Shown piece by piece: positions 26,698 through 36,922 of a DNA stretch of 60,209 nucleotides. Origin of the DNA: Candidatus Pacearchaeota archaeon (GTDB lineage Archaea; Nanobdellota; Nanobdellia; Pacearchaeales; GW2011-AR1). The first letter of the stretch is position 1. Each line of letters starts with the position of its first letter. Location: the NCBI GenBank assembly GCA_023136775.1, contig JAGLQO010000003.1, positions 1 through 60,209 on the forward strand, given 5' to 3'. Position numbers and translations under genes: made by a program. Under the pieces are notes generated by a model. That model did no database searches. It saw only the letters and a program-made list of their open reading frames with translations, and was not told where the DNA came from.

Positions 26698-29526
26698 CTA
26701 AACATAAGCAAAAGTACTTGATGATAATTCATTAATTGTTTTTCCATAGGCAATACCTGGCAATCTTTTAACAAGTATTTCGTCCCTGAATCCTTCCCAA
26801 TCTTTTTCATTTAATCTTGTATAATCAATATATGCACTTTGTAACATTGTATAAACATAATAATTTTTAAATTTACTTATAAAATCATTACGTGGATAAT
26901 GGTAAAATTCATCTAAAACTACTCTGGCTTCATCTTCATTATCAATAATCCCATCACTTAGAATAATATCTTTATCATCTGCTTCACTGCAAGTTTTTTC
27001 AAGCCACCATAATTGAATAAGAGAAACTCTTGGGTCAATTTCGACATTAGTTAATAAATAGCTACTAGTTCTTTCATCTCCAAAATTATAATCTCCCTCA
27101 ATCTTTGCTTCTCCTGATTGTAGCCCGTGATAACCTTCATGTAATAAAATAAAATAAAAATTATCTTTATCTCTGCTTCCGTCAAAAATATATGGGTTCA
27201 TGTATATTGGAGAATCTGAGCCATAAGAGTATCCTGAAGCCTCTGGCGGAATAGATAAGCTATAATAAAGTATACTTGTGCAATCATAAATAATTGGAAC
27301 ACAACTATCTTCTTCTGGATTTATATGTATTAAGCTATCACTCATCTTCCTATAATCTTCTTTTTTTCTAAATATATTCGTTATATCTTTTTCATTCAAG
27401 CTTGGACAAATCTTTTTATATGTATTTCTTAATTCTTTCCAAACACAAAATTCATCATTATATTCATACAATTTTTTATACATATTAATATTGTTAACAC
27501 AATTTTCATATTTTGCATAACTTTCAAAATCTAATTTTTTCTTTAACACTTCATCACAAAAATCCCCCTTTCCGATGGTAAGAGTTTTGTAATCTTCTTC
27601 AATAGAATAACAGGCACCAAAATAAGATGATAAATCACGGCTATATAAGAATGAAGACTTATCTGGCTCTTGTTTTAAATTTACAACTGAATTTCTCAAT
27701 AAGAGTCTTTCTTTATTATTAGAAGATGATTCAATTATTATTGGATTATCATCTACAGCATTGAGTTCGAATCCAGAAAAAACCCCTCCAGATTCCTTAT
27801 TTTCATATAATCTATAATTATTGGGTAGAAGCATAACCTCTTCTAATTTAAATTCTACTTTCCAATTTACTCTATCATCCCTAGAAGTGCTTGCGCTGGT
27901 ATCAAGATTTCTTAAATAATAACCTTTCCCATTGTCCTCTATAACAACGTATTCCATAATGAACTTGTCTAAGATAATATGTTGAAAATCTATATCGCTT
28001 CCCTTGCCGACATCAATTAATAATCTTCTTTTATCATCTGTTTCTGCAAAATAACTATTTCCTCCAATATTTATTCTATCATTATCCCCCCACGATGCTA
28101 ATTCTAACAAATCTATATCTACCTTTACATTAAATGGTAGAATTTTTCCCTTTTTTAATCTTGGATGTTCTGTAGTATCTTTCGACTCAAAAATTGCATT
28201 ATCCTCTGCCACCTCATCTCTTTGTAATTTATTATCTATTAGTTTTGCGCTGACTGGCAAACTATATTTATTCCATGTCACCAAAGACTCATCATCTTTT
28301 GATAAAATATCAAACTGTCCTTCGTTGTTAATTCTTAATTTTGTATCCATATTCAACGAGTCTGACTCTATGTCAAATGCAACACTTTTATTATTTAATA
28401 CATTTTTATATTCTGACGATTTTAAGGGTATCATCGAAAGCTCATTTTTATTTAGACTAAATTCTAAATTTCCGTTTTGGATAATTGTCTTTCCGTTTTC
28501 AGAACTTATGTGATTTATTACTGGAATTAATCCTAGGCTATTTCTTTCGTTGATTATTAAACCGTCACCATTTTCAATTTGCGCAGACATTAAATCACTG
28601 CTATCAATATACAATATATCATGGTTTTCTAAAAATTTAATATTTACTTTTTTACCTTCATAACTTTGAATTTCTAAACTATTATCTACTTGCCTTATCC
28701 AATTTCCTTTATAGTTTGATAAATCTGTATTTTTACTTGCTATTAAAACCGTTCCACTATCATTTTCCACCTGAATAGAATTTTGTTTATAGATAGCATT
28801 TCCCTCATCTAAAGCATAACCTTTATTGCCCATTGTAACTTTTCCTTCAATTAAATTAAATCCGTCTGGAAATTCTATATTTTTTCCCTCAATTGATACT
28901 GGACTGCCTCCTTTAAAATTAAATAAACTAAAAAAACCTGTCAAATCAACGCCATCTTTAATTTTTATTTCAACGCCGTCTTCTGTAGTAAATATAATTC
29001 TTGATTCTGGGGGCGCATAAAATGTATCATTTCCAAATGTGTAATTCCCCCCAATTTTATTTACTATAAAATTTGCATTAATAATTTCTTCATTTATGTA
29101 ATCAAACTCTATAAAGCTAGTTTCTAACGGAATGATGTTTGCGAATGTGTCGTTATACATTTTAAAAAAACTATTTTCGTTTGAAAATCCTAATGTAATA
29201 GTTTTGTTTGAAAATTCCTTTAAAACAACTCCTGATAACTCTATGAAACTTTCCTTATTGTTAATATTAAATCCTTTGTCTATCCAAATTTGAGTATAAA
29301 AAAATTTGTCTTCATGTCTTAATCTATTAAATTGTTTATTTTCATCTAATTTATACCATCCTGGGTCAGTCAATATATTTTTATCTATACACTCATAATA
29401 AATTTCATTATTCTCGAAATGTCCTCCAACTATTGGACAGTCAGGATTTTCTTGCGCAATAATAAATGGGATTGTAAAAAATGAAAATACTATTATGATC
29501 AATAGTTGTAAAAATTTTATTTTCAT
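26698..29526 (-). CDS. Large secreted protein with a C-terminal HExxH (putative zinc metallopeptidase) region
   Basis: Signal peptide MKIKFLQLLIIIVFSFF. ILLHEGYHGLQSGE near the C-terminus. The start lies 1 nt after the stop of the pilin-like gene. Confidence 0.6.
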   Translation of the reverse strand: MKIKFLQLLIIIVFSFFTIPFIIAQENPDCPIVGGHFENNEIYYECIDKNILTDPGWYKLDENKQFNRLRHEDKFFYTQIWIDKGFNINNKESFIELSGVVLKEFSNKTITLGFSNENSFFKMYNDTFANIIPLETSFIEFDYINEEIINANFIVNKIGGNYTFGNDTFYAPPESRIIFTTEDGVEIKIKDGVDLTGFFSLFNFKGGSPVSIEGKNIEFPDGFNLIEGKVTMGNKGYALDEGNAIYKQNSIQVENDSGTVLIASKNTDLSNYKGNWIRQVDNSLEIQSYEGKKVNIKFLENHDILYIDSSDLMSAQIENGDGLIINERNSLGLIPVINHISSENGKTIIQNGNLEFSLNKNELSMIPLKSSEYKNVLNNKSVAFDIESDSLNMDTKLRINNEGQFDILSKDDESLVTWNKYSLPVSAKLIDNKLQRDEVAEDNAIFESKDTTEHPRLKKGKILPFNVKVDIDLLELASWGDNDRINIGGNSYFAETDDKRRLLIDVGKGSDIDFQHIILDKFIMEYVVIEDNGKGYYLRNLDTSASTSRDDRVNWKVEFKLEEVMLLPNNYRLYENKESGGVFSGFELNAVDDNPIIIESSSNNKERLLLRNSVVNLKQEPDKSSFLYSRDLSSYFGACYSIEEDYKTLTIGKGDFCDEVLKKKLDFESYAKYENCVNNINMYKKLYEYNDEFCVWKELRNTYKKICPSLNEKDITNIFRKKEDYRKMSDSLIHINPEEDSCVPIIYDCTSILYYSLSIPPEASGYSYGSDSPIYMNPYIFDGSRDKDNFYFILLHEGYHGLQSGEAKIEGDYNFGDERTSSYLLTNVEIDPRVSLIQLWWLEKTCSEADDKDIILSDGIIDNEDEARVVLDEFYHYPRNDFISKFKNYYVYTMLQSAYIDYTRLNEKDWEGFRDEILVKRLPGIAYGKTINELSSSTFAYV

Positions 29527-29527
29527 T

Positions 29528-30250
29528 TTAATACCTATTAGCAAACTGCCACTTGATTGGCACCCCATTTATTTTAGAATTTTCATCTTGAATGACAAAA
29601 AGCGTTGTTTCTTCTAATCCTATAATATTTATAATTAAATCATTTTCTAATGCAATATTTGTTATGCAACTTAGACAAACGTCTTCACGAGTTAATTGGT
29701 CTTTGATTATTTTTTCTAAAGATTTATAGATAGCATCAAACCTTGTTCTAACTATTATGTCTTTGAAATTTTTCAGAGAATATGTTTTTTCATTTTTAGT
29801 TATTATTAATGGGTAATTTGCATTAATTTTGATTTGACCTTCTTCGATCATCACTTCACTGAGAACTTCTCCTGAGTCTACGCTTGACTGCGGAAAATTT
29901 TCAAAAGACCCTGTGCAGTATTCTAAATTATTATTTATGTAAAGGGCTAATTGATTTTCAATTTCCGTTTTAGAAATAAGTAAATTTTCTCCGCTATAAT
30001 AATAGTAAGGTATTCCGTTAGCTGTAGAGACTTTAGCTGGTAAATAATATCCTCCGTTTTGAGCTATTTGATAAATTGCATCTTCTCCTGTTTTTTTTAT
30101 GCAATCTTTTACAAATGAATATATTTCATTAGTAGCTGGATTTACAATATCTTTTGAATTATTGTTTAAAGAAAAATATGCTATAATTGCCCCAACAATT
30201 ACAATTGCAAGTATGATAAATATAGTTACTTGCCCTCTTTTATTTACCAT
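29528..30250 (-). CDS. Class III signal peptide (type IV pilin-like) protein
   Basis: MVNKRGQVTIFIILAIVIVGAIIAYF has a KRGQ cleavage-type motif followed by a hydrophobic helix. Confidence 0.65.
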   Translation of the reverse strand: MVNKRGQVTIFIILAIVIVGAIIAYFSLNNNSKDIVNPATNEIYSFVKDCIKKTGEDAIYQIAQNGGYYLPAKVSTANGIPYYYYSGENLLISKTEIENQLALYINNNLEYCTGSFENFPQSSVDSGEVLSEVMIEEGQIKINANYPLIITKNEKTYSLKNFKDIIVRTRFDAIYKSLEKIIKDQLTREDVCLSCITNIALENDLIINIIGLEETTLFVIQDENSKINGVPIKWQFANRY

Positions 30251-30332
30251 ATAAATATAATAGATATGTTAATTATAAAGGTTTTTAGTTACTCTGCAAT
30301 AATCTTATAAAACAAAAAAATATAGTTTAATT

Positions 30333-30941
30333 ATGAAAAAGAACAAAAACAGGGGTAACACTATTTTACATGAGCTAAAACATCATTTGCCATTTACTTT
30401 AACTTCTAGTATAGCTGCTGGTATTTTGGTTGCAATTTTTTATTTAATTAATAAAACATTTTTTGTCGGTGTGGTATCTAATCTTTTTGAGATTATGCAT
30501 CCCGCCCATGTTTTTGTTTCAGCTATGGCAACTGCGGCCATTTATAATAAATATAAAAAATCTATTCCAAAATCTATCTTTATAGGAATGGTTGGGGCTA
30601 TTCTTATCGGAAGTTTAAGTGATGTGATTTTTCCATGGGTTGCTGGAAATTTATTTTCACTTCATACTCATTTTCATTTACCGATAATTGAAAAAACATT
30701 TTTTATTTTAGGAGTTGCTGGAATTGGGGCTGCGATTGGTTCAAAATGGAATTTGTTTAATGCAAGTCATTCCGTACATGTTTTTATTTCAATTTTTGCT
30801 AGCTTATTTTATTTATTAACATTTAGTGTTGAAATGAATCCATTGACGGTTATGCTAACTTCATTAATAATTTTTCTTGCTGTTTATATTCCATGTTGTA
30901 TAAGTGATATTATATTCCCTCTATTATTTGTAAAGAAATGA
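30333..30941 (+). CDS. His-rich multi-TM membrane protein
   Basis: 202 aa, about 6 TM segments. HELKHH, HPAH and HTHFH motifs. Confidence 0.5.
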   Translation: MKKNKNRGNTILHELKHHLPFTLTSSIAAGILVAIFYLINKTFFVGVVSNLFEIMHPAHVFVSAMATAAIYNKYKKSIPKSIFIGMVGAILIGSLSDVIFPWVAGNLFSLHTHFHLPIIEKTFFILGVAGIGAAIGSKWNLFNASHSVHVFISIFASLFYLLTFSVEMNPLTVMLTSLIIFLAVYIPCCISDIIFPLLFVKK

Positions 30942-31008
30942 ATTGACATTTTTTTCTGGTTCATACTCACCTAGTACACCACTCACGAGAAGCAGCGAAA
31001 ATGTCAAT
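30942..31008. repeat. Head-to-head ATTGACATTTT arms between convergent genes (copy H)
   Basis: aattgacatttttttctgg follows the + gene stop. The reverse complement of gaaaatgtcaatatt contains the TGA stop of the GH13 gene on the minus strand. Confidence 0.6.
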
Positions 31009-33022
31009 ATTGATTTACTTTTTTGAAAACTATTACTCCATATGGAGGGAGTATTGGCAGAACAATTTCTTTATCTAACAACTCAAAATTATTTGATGAA
31101 TTGACTTTTAATTTATCTGGATAACTAGCTAATCCAAATCCAGCATACTTTAATTTGTCTGAATTAAAAACAGTAATATATTCTTCACCATCTTTAATAC
31201 CGACGCTATAATCATAATGTTTCCAAGAAGACGTATTAATAACTATTATATATTTTGAGTCATCTCCTTTTCTCTCAATTACTAAAACTTTATTTTTATC
31301 ATCCACACTTAAAAAATTTCTATGTTTTACATTCTTTGGCCAAAAGGCAGAATCATCCATCAATAAATTTATATCTTTTTTATAATCCACAAGAGCCCGT
31401 GAAATTTCGTTAAAAGACTGAAACCATTCTATCGAAGAATTATGCTCAAAAGTTCCTGGTTGTAATAAAAATGTTTGAAGTAAATCAAGAGTTCTCCCTT
31501 CGCCGGCCAATGAAATTAAGGCCTCCATAACTTTTATTTTTCCAACTCCGTGAATGTGATTTGATTCTCCTCCTTCCATCATACAATTGTAAGCATAAGC
31601 TCCTGTACATCTGTTTTCCATCAAACCAGCTGCTGCATCATGATTATGAAAATCGGCTATTGTCGAATTTGACTTTCCCCAAACTTTTTCTTCAACAATA
31701 TTTCTGAACTTCCAAACAGAAATATTTTCGGAAGCATTAAACATATATTTTGTATGGAAATAATGAGTCATTCTTGATGAGTTATAAGCTGTACCCCCAA
31801 GTGCTCTTGAGTCACTATTAATTGGAGCAATCAACATTTTAGCATTATCATCATAAAAAAAATGAGCTTCATAATTAATTAAAGCAGCTGGATTAAAAGA
31901 ATAAATTGCTTGGTTTAATTCTCTTAAAAATTTTCTTCCATTTGGACGATCCTCTCCTTGTCCAGAATCGCCATATCTAATTATTCCGTCAACATTATCA
32001 ACCCTAAATCCATCTACGTGATAATATTTCATAAAATGAATACAACTGGAAATAAAAAAATCCCGAACATAAGCATTATCAAAATCAACTCTCATAGTCC
32101 CCCAAGAAGTCTCTTCTTTCATATATAATCTACGCTCATGTCCGTTTGACGAATTTTGTTTCTTCCATTGATGAAGTCCATGGTCAGCAGAACTTTGGCC
32201 AAAAATACTAAAATCCTTACTCGGCAAATGCCCAAGGACAAAGTCTCCTACGACTGCAATTTTATTTTTATGAAACATGTCAATCATGTAAGCGAAATCG
32301 TCAGGAGTTCCCCAGTTTTTTTGAACGGCAAATTGAAATGGAACTAAATATCTAAATTTCCAATTGTCCCCGTCAATACTCTGGGCAAATGGTAAAAACT
32401 GAACAGTGTTAAATCCTAAATTTTTTATTTCCTCAATCACTCCGCTCTCCGCTATAAATCTATACAAATTCTTATTGTCAATATCTTTTCCGCAAATATT
32501 ATTTTTATTCGCAAAATGCGCAACAAGTCCTGGCAAATCGGTTTGCATAATTTTTACAGAACGCTCAAATGTATTTACAAAATCAAACTTCGGAGAATAA
32601 GCTGACGGATCATTATAATCCCAAAAAATATTATTCCCAGAATCACTGAAAAGTGCACCAGCAGGATCTTGAATCATAAACTGACTCTTAGTCTTATTGT
32701 TGTGAACTAATAATTTATACTCGTCCTTATGTTTTACATCATCTAAATCTACATTCCCAATAACCGAATGTTGATCTTTTTTTAATTTGTATGTTTTTAA
32801 TTTTAAAATATCACTTTCCCAATTATTAAAATCTCCAACAACAAAGACATCTAAATCAGCATTATCAATTAAGACGTTAAATTTAATTTTAGAAGCAAAT
32901 CCATCTTCATCTCTGTCAATTACATTCGCACCATAATTGGAAACCCAATCTTTTAAATTATTTTTAGGTTCAGTATTTTCCGAATTAATTTCCCATTGGT
33001 ATTTATAATTGTCTAATTGCAT
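31004..33022 (-). CDS. GH13-family glycoside hydrolase (branching-enzyme/alpha-amylase-like)
   Basis: GH13 regions DGFRVDNVDG, NYEAHF and FHNHDA. The N-terminal beta-domain resembles CBM48. Confidence 0.8.
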   Translation of the reverse strand: MQLDNYKYQWEINSENTEPKNNLKDWVSNYGANVIDRDEDGFASKIKFNVLIDNADLDVFVVGDFNNWESDILKLKTYKLKKDQHSVIGNVDLDDVKHKDEYKLLVHNNKTKSQFMIQDPAGALFSDSGNNIFWDYNDPSAYSPKFDFVNTFERSVKIMQTDLPGLVAHFANKNNICGKDIDNKNLYRFIAESGVIEEIKNLGFNTVQFLPFAQSIDGDNWKFRYLVPFQFAVQKNWGTPDDFAYMIDMFHKNKIAVVGDFVLGHLPSKDFSIFGQSSADHGLHQWKKQNSSNGHERRLYMKEETSWGTMRVDFDNAYVRDFFISSCIHFMKYYHVDGFRVDNVDGIIRYGDSGQGEDRPNGRKFLRELNQAIYSFNPAALINYEAHFFYDDNAKMLIAPINSDSRALGGTAYNSSRMTHYFHTKYMFNASENISVWKFRNIVEEKVWGKSNSTIADFHNHDAAAGLMENRCTGAYAYNCMMEGGESNHIHGVGKIKVMEALISLAGEGRTLDLLQTFLLQPGTFEHNSSIEWFQSFNEISRALVDYKKDINLLMDDSAFWPKNVKHRNFLSVDDKNKVLVIERKGDDSKYIIVINTSSWKHYDYSVGIKDGEEYITVFNSDKLKYAGFGLASYPDKLKVNSSNNFELLDKEIVLPILPPYGVIVFKKVNQY

Positions 33023-33077
33023 ATTAATTTCATAACATCAATCCTTTTATAATTTTCATTTTAGTAATTTAACTAAA

Positions 33078-34205
33078 TTAAAATTTATGCTGGATATAAT
33101 CAACTAAAGAACCTCCTGATAATTTTATGCTAGCTGAACCATTTCTTACGTAAAACTCTTCAGTGTTTTCATTTTTCAAAAATACTCGTTTTTTACTTTC
33201 TTTGCAGTTTATTATTACGAGTTGTTTATCTTTTAATTGCATTATTTGCAATCTAATAAACGGCAAGAATTCATTTCCTATATGGGATTTAATTAAATTT
33301 GTAAAATGCAAACTCAATTTGTCATTGTTTTGAAATTTGTCATTTTCTAATCCCAAAACATTTCCATCGTCGCTAACTCCGACTAATAAATTCCCCCCTT
33401 TTGTATTTAAGAACGCTGCAACTGTTTTTAAAATTCCAAGTTCCATTCTTTTGTCAAATTCGTTTGTGTGTAAATTGGTTCTGAAGCTTGATTTGAATTC
33501 TGTTCTGTCATTTTCTCCTTCATTAATTAGATCCAAGAGTCTCATCTGAGGATTCTTCGCAACTTTTTTATCTCCAACTTTCCATAAATTTCTCTCTATT
33601 ATCCCAGACAAAAAAGTACTCACCAAATAATCTTTTCCCTGTTTCAAATAAAATGCTCCAACAATTGAAACTGCAAAGGCTCCAAGAATATTAACGCAAA
33701 TGTCTTGCATTGTATCCATTAATCCCTTTTGAAGTCCAGAATGAATTAGTAAATCTAAAGCAAATTCAAAGATTTCCCAAAAGACTCCGAGAGTTATTGT
33801 AAAGCTAAAAATTAGAAATCCTGCAAAAATTGGATTTGCACTAATTCTACTTTTCTTGAGTAATACGTGAACAACGCTTAGTGAGATAAAGCCTAGGGCA
33901 ACTGAGGCTGTGAATGTTGTTAGAATACTCCACCACCAAACTCCTGAGAAGAGTCCTCTAAGTTCTCCGAAATTTAAAATTCCGTATATCAACATTAAAT
34001 AAAGAACTTCAAGACTCATGGGTAAATCAATGCCAAATAAATTCTTTAGAATCTTTGGTAAGAATGTAAAGCAAAATGCAATTACTGAAACTACTTGAAT
34101 AATTGGGTGATTGGATTTTAGAGTATAAATAAATGTCACGCAAAGGATTAACCGAATTAATCCAATAATTATGGAATGCACTATGTGAGTTTTACTTCCC
34201 CCCAT
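33078..34205 (-). CDS. Membrane-anchored AlbA_2/Schlafen-like (PF04326-like) domain protein
   Basis: About 6 N-terminal TM segments, then GENDRTEFKSS...LKTVAAFLNTKGGNLLVGVSDDGNVLG. Confidence 0.65.
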   Translation of the reverse strand: MGGSKTHIVHSIIIGLIRLILCVTFIYTLKSNHPIIQVVSVIAFCFTFLPKILKNLFGIDLPMSLEVLYLMLIYGILNFGELRGLFSGVWWWSILTTFTASVALGFISLSVVHVLLKKSRISANPIFAGFLIFSFTITLGVFWEIFEFALDLLIHSGLQKGLMDTMQDICVNILGAFAVSIVGAFYLKQGKDYLVSTFLSGIIERNLWKVGDKKVAKNPQMRLLDLINEGENDRTEFKSSFRTNLHTNEFDKRMELGILKTVAAFLNTKGGNLLVGVSDDGNVLGLENDKFQNNDKLSLHFTNLIKSHIGNEFLPFIRLQIMQLKDKQLVIINCKESKKRVFLKNENTEEFYVRNGSASIKLSGGSLVDYIQHKF

Positions 34206-34248
34206 GCGAATATTAAAACTATTAGATTAATAAGCATTATTGAGGTAA

Positions 34249-34402
34249 ATTGACATTTTTTAGTGGTCTAAAAAATCGTCAGGGGAAATCCACACAGGAT
34301 TTCTAGATTCCAAACAGCTTACCGTCGAGGCCGCAGACTGGTTCGATACATGGAGGGAATTTCTTTGAAATTCCCGTTTAGGGGAGTGGCTGTTATCTTT
34401 CA
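34249..34402 (+). ncRNA. Structured element, short form, copy D
   Basis: P1 inner TTTTTTAG/CTAAAAAA. P2 GAAATCC/GGATTTC. P3 imperfect (CAAACAG vs CTGGTTCG). P4 GGGAATTTC/GAAATTCCC. Lies between divergent genes. Confidence 0.6.
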
Positions 34403-34473
34403 TGAAACAAGCAGTATTTTATTTCAAAAAACTAATTAATTAGAATTATAAAGGTATTATCTGATATTTTACT

Positions 34474-35475
34474 ATGACAAAACAAGAAGATTATTCAGCA
34501 TATTTGAAAGAGAAATTTCCGCCCAAAGAAGGATTTGTAAAAAGGATGGAAGCTTTAATTGGAAAAGCAGACACCGAAGAATTTTTTGATATCTCTTATA
34601 CTAAATGTCCAACTTCGATTAGATGTAATACTTTGAAAATTACTTCTGAAGAACTAAAGAAAAGATTGAATGCTTATAGATGGGATATTAGACAACCTTA
34701 CGATGAATTTCCAGAAGTGATGATTATTGATTCCAAATTAAACCCTGGTGAAATAGGAAAAACAAAAGAACATTTACTTGGATATTATTATGTACAAGAA
34801 ATTTCTTCGATGCTTCCTATGCTTGCATTGCAGCCAGTTGATGGAGATTTTGTTTTGGATTTGTGTGCAAGTCCTGGAAGTAAAACTACTCAAGCTGCGG
34901 CTATGATGAATAATGGGGGAACAATTATTGCTAATGAAATTAGTCTTGGACGAGTTGGGATTTTAAATTCTAATCTTGAAAGATGTGGGGTTGCGAATAC
35001 TATTGTTACAAGAAAAGAAGGTGTTGCGCTTTGTGAAAGATTCTTGAAAAAAACACAATTTAGATTTGATAAAATTTTAGTTGATGCTCCGTGTTCAGGA
35101 GAAGGAACTCTTCGTAAATCTCCGAGAACTCTTGAAATGTGGAATGTTAATATGATTAAAAAAATTGCTGGGGTTCAACGGAATTTAAGCGAAGCTGCAC
35201 TTCGATTATTAAAAGTTGGAGGGACTATGATTTATTCAACTTGCACTTTGGCTCCAGAGGAAAACGAAATGATTGTGAATAATTTGTTGGAACATTTTGA
35301 TATTGAAATTGAACAACTAAATCTTCCATTGAAATTTCGAGAAGGAATTACTGAATGGGAAGGAAAGAATTTATCTAAAGAATGTGCAAAGTGCCTAAGG
35401 CTTTATCCACAAGACAACAATACTGATGGATTCTTTGTAACCAAAATTAAAAAATTAAGTGAGGAAGAAAAATGA
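34474..35475 (+). CDS. NOL1/NOP2/Sun-family RNA m5C methyltransferase
   Basis: Motifs DLCASPGSKT, DAPCSGEGTLRK and YSTCTLAPEENE. Confidence 0.9.
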   Translation: MTKQEDYSAYLKEKFPPKEGFVKRMEALIGKADTEEFFDISYTKCPTSIRCNTLKITSEELKKRLNAYRWDIRQPYDEFPEVMIIDSKLNPGEIGKTKEHLLGYYYVQEISSMLPMLALQPVDGDFVLDLCASPGSKTTQAAAMMNNGGTIIANEISLGRVGILNSNLERCGVANTIVTRKEGVALCERFLKKTQFRFDKILVDAPCSGEGTLRKSPRTLEMWNVNMIKKIAGVQRNLSEAALRLLKVGGTMIYSTCTLAPEENEMIVNNLLEHFDIEIEQLNLPLKFREGITEWEGKNLSKECAKCLRLYPQDNNTDGFFVTKIKKLSEEEK

Positions 35476-35975
35476 AAATACAAATAATGGACAGAGCCAA
35501 GAAAAAGAAATTAATAGCGGGCTTAGATGATTTAGGGCTAAAAAAAATTCCACAATTACTTGTCAAAAGTGGAAAAGAAAGAATTCGTGCTTATTCAGGA
35601 GATTTGTCAACAGAACAAATTATGGAAATTTGGAGACTCTTGCCAATTGAAGGAGTTGGACTTTACGTTGGAAAAGATATGATTAACAGAAATGGTGTTC
35701 ATGAAATTAGAATTAGTTTAGACGGAATGCATCTTTGGAAAGAACAATTAACTGAACGAGTTTTTCAATTAACAGAGAGCCAAGAAGAAGTTTGGTTTAA
35801 AGGAGATGAGGTTATATTAACCGAAGAACAAATTGGAAGAATAACCGACGGGTTTGTAAATGTAAAATCTTTTTCTGGAGATGATTTTGTTGGGATGGGA
35901 AAAATCGGAAGCGAGGGGAAAATCTTATATGGATTCTTACCTAAAGAAAGGAGGAGAAAAAGTCAAACACTATAA
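35472..35975 (+). CDS. NIP7-like pre-PUA/PUA domain protein
   Basis: 4-nt overlap with the methyltransferase gene. GLYVGK...HEIRISLDG and a C-terminal PUA-like segment resemble Nip7. Confidence 0.55.
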   Translation: MKIQIMDRAKKKKLIAGLDDLGLKKIPQLLVKSGKERIRAYSGDLSTEQIMEIWRLLPIEGVGLYVGKDMINRNGVHEIRISLDGMHLWKEQLTERVFQLTESQEEVWFKGDEVILTEEQIGRITDGFVNVKSFSGDDFVGMGKIGSEGKILYGFLPKERRRKSQTL

Positions 35976-36886
35976 TGGAAAAAGAAGAATTTGATAAGTA
36001 CGTGAAGGCTGGAAAAATTGCTCAAGAGATAAAAAAATTTGCTTTAGAAATTGTTAAGCCAGAAATGAAATTGATTAATATTGCAGAAGCAATTGATGCT
36101 AAAATTTTTGAACTTGGAGGGAAACCTGCATTCCCATTAAATTTATCTTTGAATGAATGCGCTGCGCACTTTACTCCAGCAAGAGGCGACGAGATAATCG
36201 CTACAGGGATTTTGAAAATTGATATTGGTGTTGCAGTCGATGGATTCATCGCAGATACTGCTCTTTCAATCGACTTGACCGAAGACAAAAGATTTAGCGA
36301 GATGATGGAATTGAATGAGCAAATTTTAGCAGATGTTACCAAAGTTGTAAAACATGGAATGGAAGTAAAGGATGTTGGGAATGCCGCAGCGATTAGTTTT
36401 GAACAATGGAATAAAACACATGATTCTAATTTTTCTATCATCAAAGGACTATGCGGGCATTCTCTTGCAGAATATAATATTCATGCTGGACTTACAATTT
36501 CAAATTACGAAAATGGAAATACTAAAAAGTTAGATGAAATGGCTTTTGCTATTGAGCCTTTTGTTACAACTGGTGACGGAGATATTTACGAAGGACAACC
36601 TGGCGGAATCTATGTATTACAAAATGAAGGAAATGTTCGCGACAGAGACGCTAGAAAAATTTTAGAATACATCAAAGAAACTTATTCCACATTACCCTTT
36701 TGTTCTCGATGGCTAGACAAAGAAGGATTTAAGAAAATTAGATTTAGTTTATCAATGATGGAAAAAGCTGGTATTATTTATCAGTATCCAATGCTTATGG
36801 AAAAAAGCAGAGCACCCGTAAGTCAATTTGAAAATACTTTTGTAATCTTCGACGGGAAAGTTGCCAATACTACTAAAGTAGAATAA
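35975..36886 (+). CDS. map: Methionine aminopeptidase, type 2
   Basis: FPLNLSLNECAAHFTP, DIGVAVDGFIADTA, CGHSLAEY and the E residues fit the archaeal MetAP2 pattern. Confidence 0.9.
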   Translation: MEKEEFDKYVKAGKIAQEIKKFALEIVKPEMKLINIAEAIDAKIFELGGKPAFPLNLSLNECAAHFTPARGDEIIATGILKIDIGVAVDGFIADTALSIDLTEDKRFSEMMELNEQILADVTKVVKHGMEVKDVGNAAAISFEQWNKTHDSNFSIIKGLCGHSLAEYNIHAGLTISNYENGNTKKLDEMAFAIEPFVTTGDGDIYEGQPGGIYVLQNEGNVRDRDARKILEYIKETYSTLPFCSRWLDKEGFKKIRFSLSMMEKAGIIYQYPMLMEKSRAPVSQFENTFVIFDGKVANTTKVE

Positions 36887-36922
36887 ATAGTTTAATTTTG
36901 TAATTTTTTTTTAGAGAATATC

